A stretch of 64,000 bases of DNA from an uncultured bacterium. Lineage in GTDB: Bacteria; Babelota; Babeliae; Babelales; Babelaceae. The position numbers were made by a program, and so were the translations under genes. Below, piece by piece: positions 30,036-40,826 of the stretch; positions within the stretch are counted from its first letter, which is position 1; each line of letters starts with the position of its first letter. The notes under the pieces were generated by a model that worked only from the letters and a program-made list of their open reading frames with translations, was not told where the DNA came from and made no database searches. The stretch covers positions 544,001 to 608,000 of the forward strand of contig CAWFXL010000001.1 of NCBI GenBank assembly GCA_963819815.1. Direction: 5' to 3'.

Positions 30036-31087
30036 TAGAAACTAAAGGCTATGCTGCCTTATCGGCAACCTCACCGCTTGAACCATGGTCTTTTGAACGC
30101 CGGGATGTCGGTGAGCATGATATTGAGCTAGAAATACTCTACTGCGGTGTCTGCCATAGCGATATACATTTTGCTCGAAATGAATGGCTCCAAACGGTAT
30201 ATCCGGTTGTTCCCGGACATGAGATCGTTGGCCGTGTTACCATGGTAGGAAGCAAGGTTAGCTCATTTAAAATTGGCGATCCCGCAGCTGTAGGAACAAT
30301 CGTTGATTGCTGTGGTACCTGCCGGGAATGCAAAAATAACCTTGAGCAATATTGTGAAAAAGGCTTTACCATGACGTTCAATAGCTTTGATAAGTATACC
30401 CAAGGAGTCACCTACGGTGGCTATTCAAAACTTATAATGGTGAATGAAAAGTATGTTCTTAAAATCCCTCAGGAGTTCAAACAAGAGGATCTTGCAGCGG
30501 TTGCACCACTACTGTGTGCGGGCATTACCACCTATTCTCCTTTAAAATTTTGGGAAATAGGTAAAGGACATACCGTAGGTATCATAGGCATTGGTGGATT
30601 AGGGCATATTGCCGTAAAACTCGCGCGTGCTCTCGGTGCTCATGTTGTTGCTATCACCACGAGTCCAGATAAACAAACTGATGCTCTAAGGTTAGGTGCT
30701 CATGAAGCAGTACTTTCCACTGATAATGCTGCCATGCAAAAGCATCATAACAGTTTAGATTTTATTGTTAATACGATTCCCTTCTCCCATGATCTGAGTA
30801 CTTATCTTGCCCTTCTTAGACTCAATGGGAAAATGTGCCTCGTTGGAATCCCCAATCAGCCTCATGAACCGTTGTATGCAAATGCTCTCATCGAAAAAAG
30901 AAAATCATTGGCAGGTTCTTTAATTGGCAGTATCAAAGAGACACAAGAGCTGCTCGATTTTTGTGGGAAGAATCAAATTACCGCAGACATTGAGATGATT
31001 CCCATTCAACAGATTAATGAGGCGTTTAATAAAGTTGTAGATAAGGAAGTGCGCTATCGGTATGTTATCGATCTTGCATCCTGCTAA
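30032..31087 (+). CDS. NAD(P)-dependent Zn alcohol dehydrogenase (CAD/YahK-like)
   Basis: CGVCHSD, PGHEIVG, structural-Zn cysteines, APLLCAGITTYSPL, GIGGLG. Confidence 0.95.
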   Translation: MIETKGYAALSATSPLEPWSFERRDVGEHDIELEILYCGVCHSDIHFARNEWLQTVYPVVPGHEIVGRVTMVGSKVSSFKIGDPAAVGTIVDCCGTCRECKNNLEQYCEKGFTMTFNSFDKYTQGVTYGGYSKLIMVNEKYVLKIPQEFKQEDLAAVAPLLCAGITTYSPLKFWEIGKGHTVGIIGIGGLGHIAVKLARALGAHVVAITTSPDKQTDALRLGAHEAVLSTDNAAMQKHHNSLDFIVNTIPFSHDLSTYLALLRLNGKMCLVGIPNQPHEPLYANALIEKRKSLAGSLIGSIKETQELLDFCGKNQITADIEMIPIQQINEAFNKVVDKEVRYRYVIDLASC

Positions 31088-31231
31088 ATATGCATAGACC
31101 AGTACTGAAGCTAAGCACTATCATATCAACCCACTACAAGCCATCCAGGTATGCTCAGTACCTAAGCGTGTACATTCTCAACTTTCTGCACTTTGTAAAC
31201 CTTGCTATACTACCTCCAGCGGAGGAACATT

Positions 31232-32170
31232 TTGAAGAAACAGCTACTCATCATCCCCCTGTTATGTCTCCCATCACTGCATGGAACGAGCCTTGTCTAC
31301 AATCTAAAGATTCGTAGAACATTCGCTGGGATTGGCTCATTTATCAAGCATGGAGACAAAGCGGCTGTAGTATTCTCTGGATTACCTATTATCTATCACC
31401 GAACTGCCCACGTTATAAACCCAGATTTTTTGACCGATGTACACACCAAACGCCTAGGCGGTGGCGCCATCCTTAATCTACGATACATACCCTCAAAATG
31501 TTGGTGGGCAGAAATAACCACCGCAGTAGAAAAAGAATCACTCTCCTCAAAAGGAACTGCTACATTCAGCACTTCGCGCACCGGTTTTGATGATGTAGTC
31601 CTCGCTGCAGGACGCAACTTCTTCATCGGTGAGGAAGCCCAATACACCATGTATGGGCTAGCAGGCTTTCCCACGAAATGGAGTATTTCTCGTTTTGATG
31701 CCCTAGATGGGCTCGTAGGAACCCGCTTTTATTCTGTTGGAGGGGGTGCAGAATTGTCCTATCGTTTTTTGCATACTGAGCACAGCTCCGTAGCGGGAGT
31801 TATACAGCTGCGTGCGATTCACTTCTTTGATCGCTCATGGGAAGCTATTTTTGGACCAGGAGGCAGAATACAACCCGGGCAGCTTATTGATCTTCTCTTC
31901 AGCGCACGATACCTTCGCCGGCTGACCTCCGTGGAAACAGGCTATAACCCTACCTTCTTTGTCGATCAAGCGGCTCTCCTTCCTACACAAACTATCCAGA
32001 GTAAAACAGCGGTTCGTCATGGTGTCTATCTCAGTGTCATGCATCTACTTGAGCATCACCGGCTCTTCGACAAGCCGATTGCTCTTGGCGCAGGATTCAA
32101 CTTCAATCGCCTTGGACGATTTGATGCAAATAGTTATCTTGCGTGGCTGAACATCACACTTATCTTCTGA
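31232..32170 (+). CDS. Putative outer-membrane beta-barrel protein
   Basis: TTG start after GGAGG; signal peptide; alternating amphipathic strands; terminal Phe (WLNITLIF). Confidence 0.65.
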   Translation: MKKQLLIIPLLCLPSLHGTSLVYNLKIRRTFAGIGSFIKHGDKAAVVFSGLPIIYHRTAHVINPDFLTDVHTKRLGGGAILNLRYIPSKCWWAEITTAVEKESLSSKGTATFSTSRTGFDDVVLAAGRNFFIGEEAQYTMYGLAGFPTKWSISRFDALDGLVGTRFYSVGGGAELSYRFLHTEHSSVAGVIQLRAIHFFDRSWEAIFGPGGRIQPGQLIDLLFSARYLRRLTSVETGYNPTFFVDQAALLPTQTIQSKTAVRHGVYLSVMHLLEHHRLFDKPIALGAGFNFNRLGRFDANSYLAWLNITLIF

Positions 32171-32196
32171 TACTAAAATACACCCACATACCTATT

Positions 32197-32916
32197 CTAC
32201 GGAACTGTATCTTCAAGCTCCTGTTCCTTCTGCAAACTGCTAGGAACAAGCACGCCATCTTCAATCTCTAGAATACGATCAGCAAAAGACAAAATGCGCG
32301 GATCATGCGTTACCACAACGATGGTTGTATTAAAACTCTTCTTGATAGCAACAAGAAGCTCCATAATCTGGAGGCCTCGGCTGCGATCAAGAAAGCTCGT
32401 CGGTTCATCACACAAAATAATGCTTGGCTGATGAATACAAGCGCGCGCAATGGCCACCCTCTGCTGTTCACCTCCTGAAAGTTCCGAGGGAACTCGGTAC
32501 CGTTGACTATCAAGACCGAATCTCACCAGATATTCTTCAGCTTTTGCAAAGGCCTCATCACGAGCAGTTCCCTTAATGAGGAGGGGCAGCGCTGCATTTT
32601 CAACTGCATTGAGCGTTGGCACTAAATTAAAATTTTGAAAGATAAAACCGATATGGTTACCTCTAAATGACGTCCGTTCATCCTCGTCCATCTTTCGTAA
32701 CTCTTTGCCAAGGATATAACACTCGCCATTCGAAGCAGTTAAAATACCTCCAATAATGGAAAGGAGCGTTGTTTTTCCAGAGCCGGAAGGTCCCATGAGC
32801 ATAACCAACTCACTAGCAGAGGCAGAGAAGTTAATATCCTTGAGGGTATCAACACGCCCTGCGCCTTCATTAAAATGCTTCGAAATATGTACACATTCGA
32901 TGGTGGTATTCTTCAT
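32197..32916 (-). CDS. ABC transporter ATP-binding subunit (MacB/LolD/DevA-like)
   Basis: GPSGSGKT, LSGGEQQRVAIARA, DEPT, VTHD. Confidence 0.95.
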   Translation of the reverse strand: MKNTTIECVHISKHFNEGAGRVDTLKDINFSASASELVMLMGPSGSGKTTLLSIIGGILTASNGECYILGKELRKMDEDERTSFRGNHIGFIFQNFNLVPTLNAVENAALPLLIKGTARDEAFAKAEEYLVRFGLDSQRYRVPSELSGGEQQRVAIARACIHQPSIILCDEPTSFLDRSRGLQIMELLVAIKKSFNTTIVVVTHDPRILSFADRILEIEDGVLVPSSLQKEQELEDTVP

Positions 32917-34070
32917 CGTTTAAATATCGTTGCTAACTCAAGTGCATATATACGTCGTATACTTATCAGTGCAGCCATAGCACAAATAGCTGCCATAAGC
33001 ACCCCAGTGAGTACAAGCAGTTGCCAGGGCAGATAAAAGGCCAGCTCAGTCGATGATGTCACAAAACCTAACAGAGCAGCTGCTCCTGTACCGATACTCC
33101 AGCCAAGAAAAGCCAACCACAACGCCTGTATAATTGTCATACGCGCAAGGAGCCTCCGAGATGCGCCCATGATGGCAAATAGGGCAAGATAGGGTAAATT
33201 GTCGGTAGTAAAATTATAAAAGATTTGTCCTGCAATGGCGGCACCTACAAGAAGCCCAAGGAGCACTGCTATCCCAAAGTTAATAGGGATGCCGGTCTCA
33301 AGCATATAATAGCTCATAGTCTTCCAGGCAAATTCATCTTTGGTATATGCAGCAAGCCCTGTTCGAGCTGATATTTTTTTGCAGAGCTCTTTCAAAGATA
33401 CGGAAGATTGTGCTTTCACTAAAATATAGGAAAGCATCTTTCGTTCATAGGGAGTATACGCAAGAGCTCGTTTGTACGTGGTATATATCACCGGATTTGA
33501 CTGGAATGATCTCGTCACTTCACAGATTCCCACCACAAAGGCGCGTCTATCATTGAGCTCGATAGCTTCTCCTACACGCAAGGGAACTTTAGGTAACCCC
33601 GGTCCTTGAGACCGTGCAAGTTTATCCTCAGCTCCTATCTTATTAACAATAATAGCATCAGGTCTACGTAGTTCCTCAAGTCTTCCTTCGACCATACGGG
33701 GTGGCCCTCCAATTAAGGTTGCATCATCGATGCCCAAAAGAGTACACATCTGCATGGTTCCATCATCAAGGCGTGCACGTATTTCGCCTTTATACAAGGG
33801 CGCTGCCCAAGCAACTCCCTCAACCGATCGTACGTGAAAAAGTGCATTATAGCGCATAGGACTTACATCATCGACAAATCGCACATTAGGATCCATAACC
33901 CAAATATCTGCTTGGTTCGCATCGGTAATAGAACCAAACGTTCTTCTCATAAGTCCCAGAAATATGCCAGACTGCTGCGTAATAATAAGCGCAGAAAATG
34001 AGAGACTCAGAACCATACCAATATACTTCGCGCGATCTTCGGTAAGCATTTTAATGGCAATCTTATACAT
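32913..34070 (-). CDS. ABC transporter permease (FtsX/DevC-like)
   Basis: N-terminal TM, periplasmic domain (ADIWV), C-terminal TMs. Confidence 0.9.
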   Translation of the reverse strand: MYKIAIKMLTEDRAKYIGMVLSLSFSALIITQQSGIFLGLMRRTFGSITDANQADIWVMDPNVRFVDDVSPMRYNALFHVRSVEGVAWAAPLYKGEIRARLDDGTMQMCTLLGIDDATLIGGPPRMVEGRLEELRRPDAIIVNKIGAEDKLARSQGPGLPKVPLRVGEAIELNDRRAFVVGICEVTRSFQSNPVIYTTYKRALAYTPYERKMLSYILVKAQSSVSLKELCKKISARTGLAAYTKDEFAWKTMSYYMLETGIPINFGIAVLLGLLVGAAIAGQIFYNFTTDNLPYLALFAIMGASRRLLARMTIIQALWLAFLGWSIGTGAAALLGFVTSSTELAFYLPWQLLVLTGVLMAAICAMAALISIRRIYALELATIFKR

Positions 34071-35490
34071 CGCATGCTCCTTCAGCCCAACCGCCTCCCA
34101 ATGCCTTGTACACCGTTACTAACGATATGCTTACGCCACGTTGTGCATCGGTAAGCAACCGCTCTATCTCAATACGCGTTTTCTCCGCAAGAAGATATTG
34201 GCTCTGATCAACAAGTCCCGCTTTGAAAAGATCTTTGGTAAGATCACGCTCCTTACGTACTGCAGATAATCTATTTTCAAGATAGGCTACTCGTTCTTGC
34301 TCTTTACAATGGGCAACAAGAGCTTGCTCAACATCGGTACATGCAGCCACGACACTTTGACAATAGGCAAGAAGCGCTTGGCGCTGAATAGCAGTTTTAG
34401 CCTGAATATTATAGGTCACTCGTCCAAAATTTACGAGCGGCCACCGTGTCGTAAAGTCCACCAGCCAGTTTAAGCTTCCAGCTGAGAACCACGTACGCGG
34501 GTAACTTGACTCGGTACCCACCGTACAGATCAAAGGAAATCGTGGGAAGAAGTCGGCAATTGCTTCCCCTATACGCTCAGTACTCGCAGCAAGTAACCTT
34601 TCTGCAGCTCGGATATCAGGACGCCGTCTGAGAAGCTCTGAGGGTAGTCCTGTTTTAAGAGGAAGGCTCGCCTGAGGAACTCGACCTGTATAGCGTTCAT
34701 CCTGTTCACCCCATACAAACCCTTCAGGCAGTTCTCCCAATACAAGTGCAAGCCCCTGTTTCGTTTGCGCATATAGCATCTCTAAAAGAGGCAACTGACT
34801 CTTAGACTCTTCAAGTTGTGAAAAGGTTTGCTGCACAAGAATGTTGCTATCAATGCCCGACGCAAAACGAACATTCTGTAGATCAAGAAGAGCAGTATCA
34901 ATGGTGATATACTCTTTAAGAAGCTGAATGTTTTTCTCAAGTGTCCGTAAATTAATATATGCTGCTGCTACATCGCTTACTAAAATAACATAGACACCGC
35001 GAGCATCTTCTACCGATGCTTCATATTCGGCATAGGCAGCACTGTACGCCCTTCTTAATCTGCCCCAGACATCGATCTCCCAAAGAACTGTCACTGCACA
35101 GCGTAAAAAATCAAGCGTGAACTGATTTGGCAGAAGAAATTCGTTTTGAGCAAGCTGTGCGCTATAATGCTCCCGATTAACTCTCAAAGCACCATCTGCC
35201 TCAGGAAATAGTTTTGCATGATTAATCTGATAATATGCCTCAAGCTCTTCTATACGAGTAAGCGCAATACGGAAATCATAATTATTGCAGGTTGCACGCT
35301 TTACAAGCTCTGTTAAACACTCGTCAGAGAAAACGGTCCACCAACAGGTCAGGTCCATTGCCTCTTTCTGAGCCTCCTTTCCTATCTGATCAAACGAATG
35401 TGGTAGACAAACCTTTGGGCGCACATAGCGAGGACCCACCATACATCCAGGCAATGTCAGAAAAAGAAGCATGATCATACCCTGCTTCAT
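34063..35490 (-). CDS. Efflux outer-membrane lipoprotein (NodT/OprM-like)
   Basis: Lipobox LPGC, WEIDVWGRLRR, LPSELLRRRPDI, YKALGGGW. Confidence 0.95.
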   Translation of the reverse strand: MKQGMIMLLFLTLPGCMVGPRYVRPKVCLPHSFDQIGKEAQKEAMDLTCWWTVFSDECLTELVKRATCNNYDFRIALTRIEELEAYYQINHAKLFPEADGALRVNREHYSAQLAQNEFLLPNQFTLDFLRCAVTVLWEIDVWGRLRRAYSAAYAEYEASVEDARGVYVILVSDVAAAYINLRTLEKNIQLLKEYITIDTALLDLQNVRFASGIDSNILVQQTFSQLEESKSQLPLLEMLYAQTKQGLALVLGELPEGFVWGEQDERYTGRVPQASLPLKTGLPSELLRRRPDIRAAERLLAASTERIGEAIADFFPRFPLICTVGTESSYPRTWFSAGSLNWLVDFTTRWPLVNFGRVTYNIQAKTAIQRQALLAYCQSVVAACTDVEQALVAHCKEQERVAYLENRLSAVRKERDLTKDLFKAGLVDQSQYLLAEKTRIEIERLLTDAQRGVSISLVTVYKALGGGWAEGACDV

Positions 35491-36395
35491 GGCGCACCAA
35501 TCGGTTCAGTCTCGATAAAAATATCTAGGGATTGTCCTACATAGATTGGATATGCTTCTTTAGAAAACACATAGACTACTTGTAATACACGAGTATCAAC
35601 TCGATCAAGGTTAGAGCCGGAAAGAGTTTTCTTGGGAATCATAAATGGTTCTAGATAATCAAAGATAAGTGGTATCGAAATACGCGGATTGCCACGCACA
35701 AAGGCCGTTGCTGCAGCTCCCTTTTTGTAGCGCCATGCATCAGTTTCATCGATATCTATGCGCATTTGGTAACGATTTACTTCACCAAAAACCATAGTCG
35801 GAATGTTATCAAATGGATTTGCATTTGCATATTCACCAACTTTTGCATGGCCAGCCTGCAAGATTTTTCCATCACAGGGAGCACGGGTAATACTCCGTTC
35901 CATTTCAGTTTTGAAAACCTCTACGGCTGCGCTTGCTGTTGCAAGTCGATTCTTAGCGAGCTCATAGTCATAGTACGCCACAGTAAATGCTTGTTCACTC
36001 ACTGCTGCTTTATCTTTGAGCCTATGATAATAGGAAAACTGCTTCTCTTTATTCTCAAGATCAGTTTTTGCTGAACGCTCTTCCTCTTGAGCCTTGTGAA
36101 GTTCAGCCTCAAAGCGCCGGGTATCGAGTTTAAAGAGTGGTTCTCCCTTTTTAACTTCATCTCCCACGCAATGATATACTTCCATAATCAGTTCAGAAAA
36201 AGCAGGCCCTATGTTTATATTCTCAGCCTGAGCCTCAATCACCCCTTCAGCAGCAATGCTATGAGGATATGGTGATCGCGCTGGCTCAAAAAGAAGAGGT
36301 GGTACTATAGGTTTGGAACGCCCCTTATAGACCATGGCGAGTGAGGCGAGAATACCAAGCAGGGCAAGGAAAGGAATAAATCTATGGCGCCACAT
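35487..36395 (-). CDS. Efflux periplasmic adaptor (HlyD/MFP family)
   Basis: N-terminal TM, VGDEVKKGEPLFKLD, RAPCDG, RVDTRVLQV. Confidence 0.92.
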   Translation of the reverse strand: MWRHRFIPFLALLGILASLAMVYKGRSKPIVPPLLFEPARSPYPHSIAAEGVIEAQAENINIGPAFSELIMEVYHCVGDEVKKGEPLFKLDTRRFEAELHKAQEEERSAKTDLENKEKQFSYYHRLKDKAAVSEQAFTVAYYDYELAKNRLATASAAVEVFKTEMERSITRAPCDGKILQAGHAKVGEYANANPFDNIPTMVFGEVNRYQMRIDIDETDAWRYKKGAAATAFVRGNPRISIPLIFDYLEPFMIPKKTLSGSNLDRVDTRVLQVVYVFSKEAYPIYVGQSLDIFIETEPIGAP

Positions 36396-36570
36396 TCTGT
36401 CCTTTAAAGCTCATCAAATATCGTCATATACGTATCATCCGAAATCGAAGAGAGTATACTGCATTGAGAAGCGTTAATTCAATAGTTTCAAGCTCTCACA
36501 CTTTTGAACTCGGAAAGATGGAGAGCCTTGAGTAAACTGCAAGGATCCCAGTACTTCTCGTAGGGAAGAG

Positions 36571-37251
36571 CTACAATGAAGAACAGGAACCTAAACATCT
36601 TTCTGGAGGAACAGACGTATCAAGAAGTCTTATTTCGATTCTTTCAAGAGACTTACCGGGATGTTCTCTTTTTAATGAGACAAAGCCTACTTCACCTGTC
36701 GATGTAACGTGAGTTCCACCACACGGAACCTCTGCAAACCCTTCTATCTTCCAAAAACGCCTTTGGGTTGTTTCATCTGAATATCCTGTTTTTATCACAA
36801 GATTTTTATCGATTATTTCGTTGTATTTTTTTAATATTTCATCAAAAAGAGTTGAAATATTACTATCAGCTTTAAAATCTATCCGAGACTTACTTTCCGA
36901 GATATGTGCTCCTACTTTTTCAAAGGTATAGTTCTGCGTAACAATTTCAAGAATCAGCTCCGCAGCGAAATGAAGCCGCATAAGTCTATGTCTTCGTGGC
37001 CAATCGATGGTCATGGTAACGATATCGCCTTCTGCAAACGCGTGGTTATCGGGTAACGTATAGTAGATACGATTGCCTTCACGTCGAGAATCTAATAACG
37101 GCACACCATTAATCCATGCTGTATCACTCTCTTGGCCGCCGGCAAAGGAATAGGCAATCGTTGCCTCAAATAACACTTGAGTTCCTTCAAGTGAAATAAT
37201 TTTGGTAACCAGCTCTGTTTGATAGGGATTTTCCCAAAATACTTTTCTCAC
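36571..37251 (-). CDS. AlaX-like alanyl-tRNA editing protein
   Basis: FWENPY, GGQESD, IDWPRR..LMRLH, PCGGTHV. Confidence 0.9.
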   Translation of the reverse strand: MRKVFWENPYQTELVTKIISLEGTQVLFEATIAYSFAGGQESDTAWINGVPLLDSRREGNRIYYTLPDNHAFAEGDIVTMTIDWPRRHRLMRLHFAAELILEIVTQNYTFEKVGAHISESKSRIDFKADSNISTLFDEILKKYNEIIDKNLVIKTGYSDETTQRRFWKIEGFAEVPCGGTHVTSTGEVGFVSLKREHPGKSLERIEIRLLDTSVPPERCLGSCSSL

Positions 37252-37551
37252 GCTCTACTCTCAGTACTTTTAACTATACCACTCCTAAAGAAACACCTAG
37301 CTCCGCTCTTGAGTATATCTCTTCATCCGCTAAAGACAATACATTGAGTAACTCGATAAGCGATGACAAGCATTGGATCAAGACAAGCTCACCATTTCTG
37401 TTGGTGTTTTGTTTCTGTTCTTGATCAATCAGGTTCCTGTGGTAGTAGCAGCTCGTCAACGCGATCTATGCTTTTAGGTCGAACGAGCAGTTGCTGGTTT
37501 TCTATATTTCTGATAGCCTAAATAAAAAACAACACTATTTTGGAGAATTCA

Positions 37552-38211
37552 ATGAACCATTCTTTAAAAAAGCTTCTCATAACCGGATTAGTAGTCAGTC
37601 AGACGGTTGCAAACCCTCCTCGGACTCCTTTAAAAAAAGCTGCTCACCCCATTCTTCCTCTCATGCTAGAGCGTCAATCTAAATATGACCTACATAGAAC
37701 CCTTACTCCACAAGCAACCAGAGAAAAACTCAAATCTCTCTTTGAGGCTGCTCGATGGGCTCCATCCTCTTTTAATATGCAACCATGGCGATTTATTTAT
37801 GCGGTTCACGGAACCCCTCAATGGGATCAACTCTATAAGCTCTTAGTACCTTTCAATCAAACGTGGGTAGCAAATGCTAATGCCTTAATTCTGGTCATCT
37901 CAAAAAACACCTCCGATTATAAAGGTAAACCAAATCAAACACATTCCTTTGACACAGGACTTGCGGTATCTCAACTAAAGCTCCAAGCAACCAGTATGGG
38001 CCTCGTTGCTCATGGTATGGCTGGGTTTGATTATGAGCAGGCACGCAAAGACTTTAAGCTGTCAAAAGATTATACGGTAGAAGCTATGATCGCGATTGGC
38101 GAACCAGCATCTAAAGAACATTCTTCGAAAGAATTTGCTGAACGTGATGCACAACCGGCTCAACGAAAAGCTCTTAATGAGTTTGTCTTTGAAGGATGCT
38201 TCGTCGCCTAA
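37552..38211 (+). CDS. Nitroreductase family protein with signal peptide
   Basis: LFEAARWAPSSFNMQPWRF, FDTG, HGMAGFD. Confidence 0.9.
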   Translation: MNHSLKKLLITGLVVSQTVANPPRTPLKKAAHPILPLMLERQSKYDLHRTLTPQATREKLKSLFEAARWAPSSFNMQPWRFIYAVHGTPQWDQLYKLLVPFNQTWVANANALILVISKNTSDYKGKPNQTHSFDTGLAVSQLKLQATSMGLVAHGMAGFDYEQARKDFKLSKDYTVEAMIAIGEPASKEHSSKEFAERDAQPAQRKALNEFVFEGCFVA

Positions 38212-38230
38212 AGAAAAGTATCTCTCTGAA

Positions 38231-38258
38231 CAAAGCCCTGGAATAACCAGGGCTTTTG
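38231..38258. terminator. Bidirectional terminator
   Basis: AAAGCCCTGG-aataa-CCAGGGCTTTT between convergent genes. Confidence 0.8.
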
Positions 38259-38263
38259 TATCA

Positions 38264-38626
38264 TCATTTTTCTAAAATCTTCTTTTTTTTCGAAGGTTTC
38301 TTTTTCCCCGATCGAACTGAAACCTCGCAGGCTTTTGCTATCCAAACAGGAAGTTCATCACGATTTTCTAAGATCGATTCGGGCAAGGTCATGTAGGGCA
38401 TTGCTACAGTTTTTGATTTTCCCTGGTACACAAATTGCTGCGCATCATAGCCCTCAAAATCTCCACGCGTGAGTTCGTCAACCTTAAAATAAAGCTGATC
38501 TTCAACAATGATGGCAAAGATAACCCCACCGCAGTAGAAAGCGTACCCACCAAAAAGAGCTTTAGCGGTCATCGGGCCATGGGGTTTAAACATATCAAGG
38601 ACATATTGAGCATACTGATGTTTCAT
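38264..38626 (-). CDS. TfoX/Sxy N-terminal domain protein
   Basis: ALFGGYAFY..FAII..LYFKVD..F.Y; basic tail. Confidence 0.88.
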   Translation of the reverse strand: MKHQYAQYVLDMFKPHGPMTAKALFGGYAFYCGGVIFAIIVEDQLYFKVDELTRGDFEGYDAQQFVYQGKSKTVAMPYMTLPESILENRDELPVWIAKACEVSVRSGKKKPSKKKKILEK

Positions 38627-38702
38627 CGAAGAACCTCTCACTGAACTTTTCACTGATAGAGCTCAAGTATAGCTTAGATTGGCCTTCTATGAAACTGGAG
38701 GG

Positions 38703-39041
38703 TTATTTTTTAGAGGGAGATGAGTTATCAAAAACCACCTTAGGCCCTACGTTGCCATCGGGAAACTCCACCCATACTTCCTTGCCAAAAGTGAAGAAAC
38801 CTGAATAAAAGCTCGTGAGTTCGCCATCCATGCGTCGTTCAATGCGAGCCATAACACCTTCGGCCTCAGGAGTATCATCAACTACAACGCGAAAGGTAAG
38901 GTCTAGGTAACCTGTAATATCAAGAGGAAACTGAACGTCCTTATAGGTTTTTGCGATACGCAAAAAATCAGTTTTAAGTGTCACCGCATTGAGCGAGAAG
39001 CTCATCCATGCAACAGAAGCAATAAGTAGATGTTTCAGCAT
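38703..39041 (-). CDS. Small secreted hypothetical protein
   Basis: RBS AAGGAG; signal ending SLNA. Confidence 0.7.
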   Translation of the reverse strand: MLKHLLIASVAWMSFSLNAVTLKTDFLRIAKTYKDVQFPLDITGYLDLTFRVVVDDTPEAEGVMARIERRMDGELTSFYSGFFTFGKEVWVEFPDGNVGPKVVFDNSSPSKK

Positions 39042-39227
39042 AGTATCTCTCCTTAGTATTTTTATGTAGTACATACCTACTGAGGGGATTCTAGCATACG
39101 AGGAATACCAGAAACAAGAGTTTTAAAAAAAGAACTCATTGCAGTTACCGCTCGACGCCAATGCCTATTTTATTTTAGAATATTGCAGACCCTAACAATA
39201 TACATTGCATGATAGTGCGTAAGTTCC

Positions 39228-40826
39228 TTAGCTCGCATCAAATTGGGAAGGCAAAGGCCTCGATTCTCTCTCAGTTTTTTTATCAAAAGAGCCCCCCCGG
39301 AGAAGCTCAATCATGAAATAGGCCATAACACACCCTGATCCAATGAGAAATGCTTTTGAGGGAGTCAACCAAGGAGTTACTTTCTCAGTCTTCGCTGATG
39401 GGGTTTTCATTTGACCGGGTTTTTTTTTATCTATAGAGCTTGCATCTTGGCTTTCACCATCTGAGATACCATGTAACAGAAGTACGGCGAGCTCTTCCTT
39501 ACGTTTTTTAAGTTGAGCTTGATAGTCTTTAATCGAGGTAGAACCTGCAAAGGCAATGCCCGCTTTATCTAATCCTCTAAGCCACGCCTCTAGTTCTTCA
39601 ATCATTACCAGATCAACTCCCGCAAGGCCAATTTCTATCTGCTTAGGTAACTCTTTTTTAAGCGCAGCTACGTATGGTCGTACCATTTCTGAGTTATTCC
39701 TAAGAATAGCTATCCCTTCTTCATCAAGGTTATTATTTTGAATGCAGCTCAGAATATGCTGAGCTGCTCCATAATATTTCTTATAGTACTGCCATCTTTT
39801 AGGAGTAACGGCATCTTTAATCTTTTTAGCCTGCTCATCACCTGCTTCACTGAGCTCTTCAATAACTTCTCCTAATGCAATGCTCGGATCAAATAAATAT
39901 CTTGCAGTAGCAGGACAGCAGGAAACTTCGTCAGCAACTGCAGCAAAATCCTTTGATATCTTCGCATAGAGCATCACTTCTTTACAGGAGGTCTCACCCC
40001 CTCGCATGGCGTAGAGACTATATACTTTCTGCGCCTCCTTATCACCTTGTTTGATCTGGTCCTTCAACAAGGTACCTAAAGCCACTTCGTTACCGGCTGC
40101 TGATACCATAATCTCTGCAAAGTTTGCTTTGTAAATTGCACTCGGGAAATCTTTCCTTAGAAAGGCTCGTATCAACTCCTTAATTCCAACCTTGTTATAG
40201 ACTTCTTGCACTCTCTTAATCAGATCTCGCAATTGAGCATAGTCGTCCAAGAGTTGTATTTCAGGACTACTCGACTCAGTCCGATAAGTTTCCCACAATG
40301 CTCCGTAGGCATCCTTAATCACTCGTGCATGCCCATTGCCTTCATACAGACTCATTTCGACATAATAGCCCAAACTGTTCAAATCTATAAGGACATTAAA
40401 TGGGTTCACGTATTCGATAACAAAAGGATAATCATGTATAAGGTGAGCAGTATCCGCCAAACCGATATTACCCATCTTTCCTTCAAGATAGCGCTTACCC
40501 TCCTCTGAAGAGAAGTAAGCATCCATAATCGCCTTCTCGCGAGAATCTTGAGCATTAAGTCGACCAATAATTTCTGCAATCGTAGTCTCATTACCTTGAT
40601 CAGTAACTATAATATATTGTAGGGGGAGGGTTAAAATACCCTGAGGCAGATGCCCTTTTTTAAGGGCTTCTACAAATGCTCGCGAACCCTTCTCTGCAAC
40701 CATCTTTTTGAGATTTGCTACATCTTCATCACTGAAAAAAAATTTTCTCGCAACAGGTGGGGCATCTGATGAGAGAATCGATGAACTATAACTGAGCACA
40801 CATGCGAGTAGAAGAATGTTTTTCAT
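39228..40826 (-). CDS. Secreted hypothetical protein with C-terminal TM anchor
   Basis: Start after AAGGA; signal peptide; AFLIGSGCVMAYFMIELL near the C-terminus. Confidence 0.78.
   Translation of the reverse strand: MKNILLLACVLSYSSSILSSDAPPVARKFFFSDEDVANLKKMVAEKGSRAFVEALKKGHLPQGILTLPLQYIIVTDQGNETTIAEIIGRLNAQDSREKAIMDAYFSSEEGKRYLEGKMGNIGLADTAHLIHDYPFVIEYVNPFNVLIDLNSLGYYVEMSLYEGNGHARVIKDAYGALWETYRTESSSPEIQLLDDYAQLRDLIKRVQEVYNKVGIKELIRAFLRKDFPSAIYKANFAEIMVSAAGNEVALGTLLKDQIKQGDKEAQKVYSLYAMRGGETSCKEVMLYAKISKDFAAVADEVSCCPATARYLFDPSIALGEVIEELSEAGDEQAKKIKDAVTPKRWQYYKKYYGAAQHILSCIQNNNLDEEGIAILRNNSEMVRPYVAALKKELPKQIEIGLAGVDLVMIEELEAWLRGLDKAGIAFAGSTSIKDYQAQLKKRKEELAVLLLHGISDGESQDASSIDKKKPGQMKTPSAKTEKVTPWLTPSKAFLIGSGCVMAYFMIELLRGGSFDKKTERESRPLPSQFDAS

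Noticed and set aside
32197..36395. Tripartite ABC exporter as the effector secretion machine
   Set aside because: It looks like an ordinary DevBCA/MacAB-TolC-type efflux operon; nothing in the sequence links it to protein export.
37274..37459. 61-aa ORF upstream of AlaX
   Set aside because: TTG start without a clear RBS and no homology cues.
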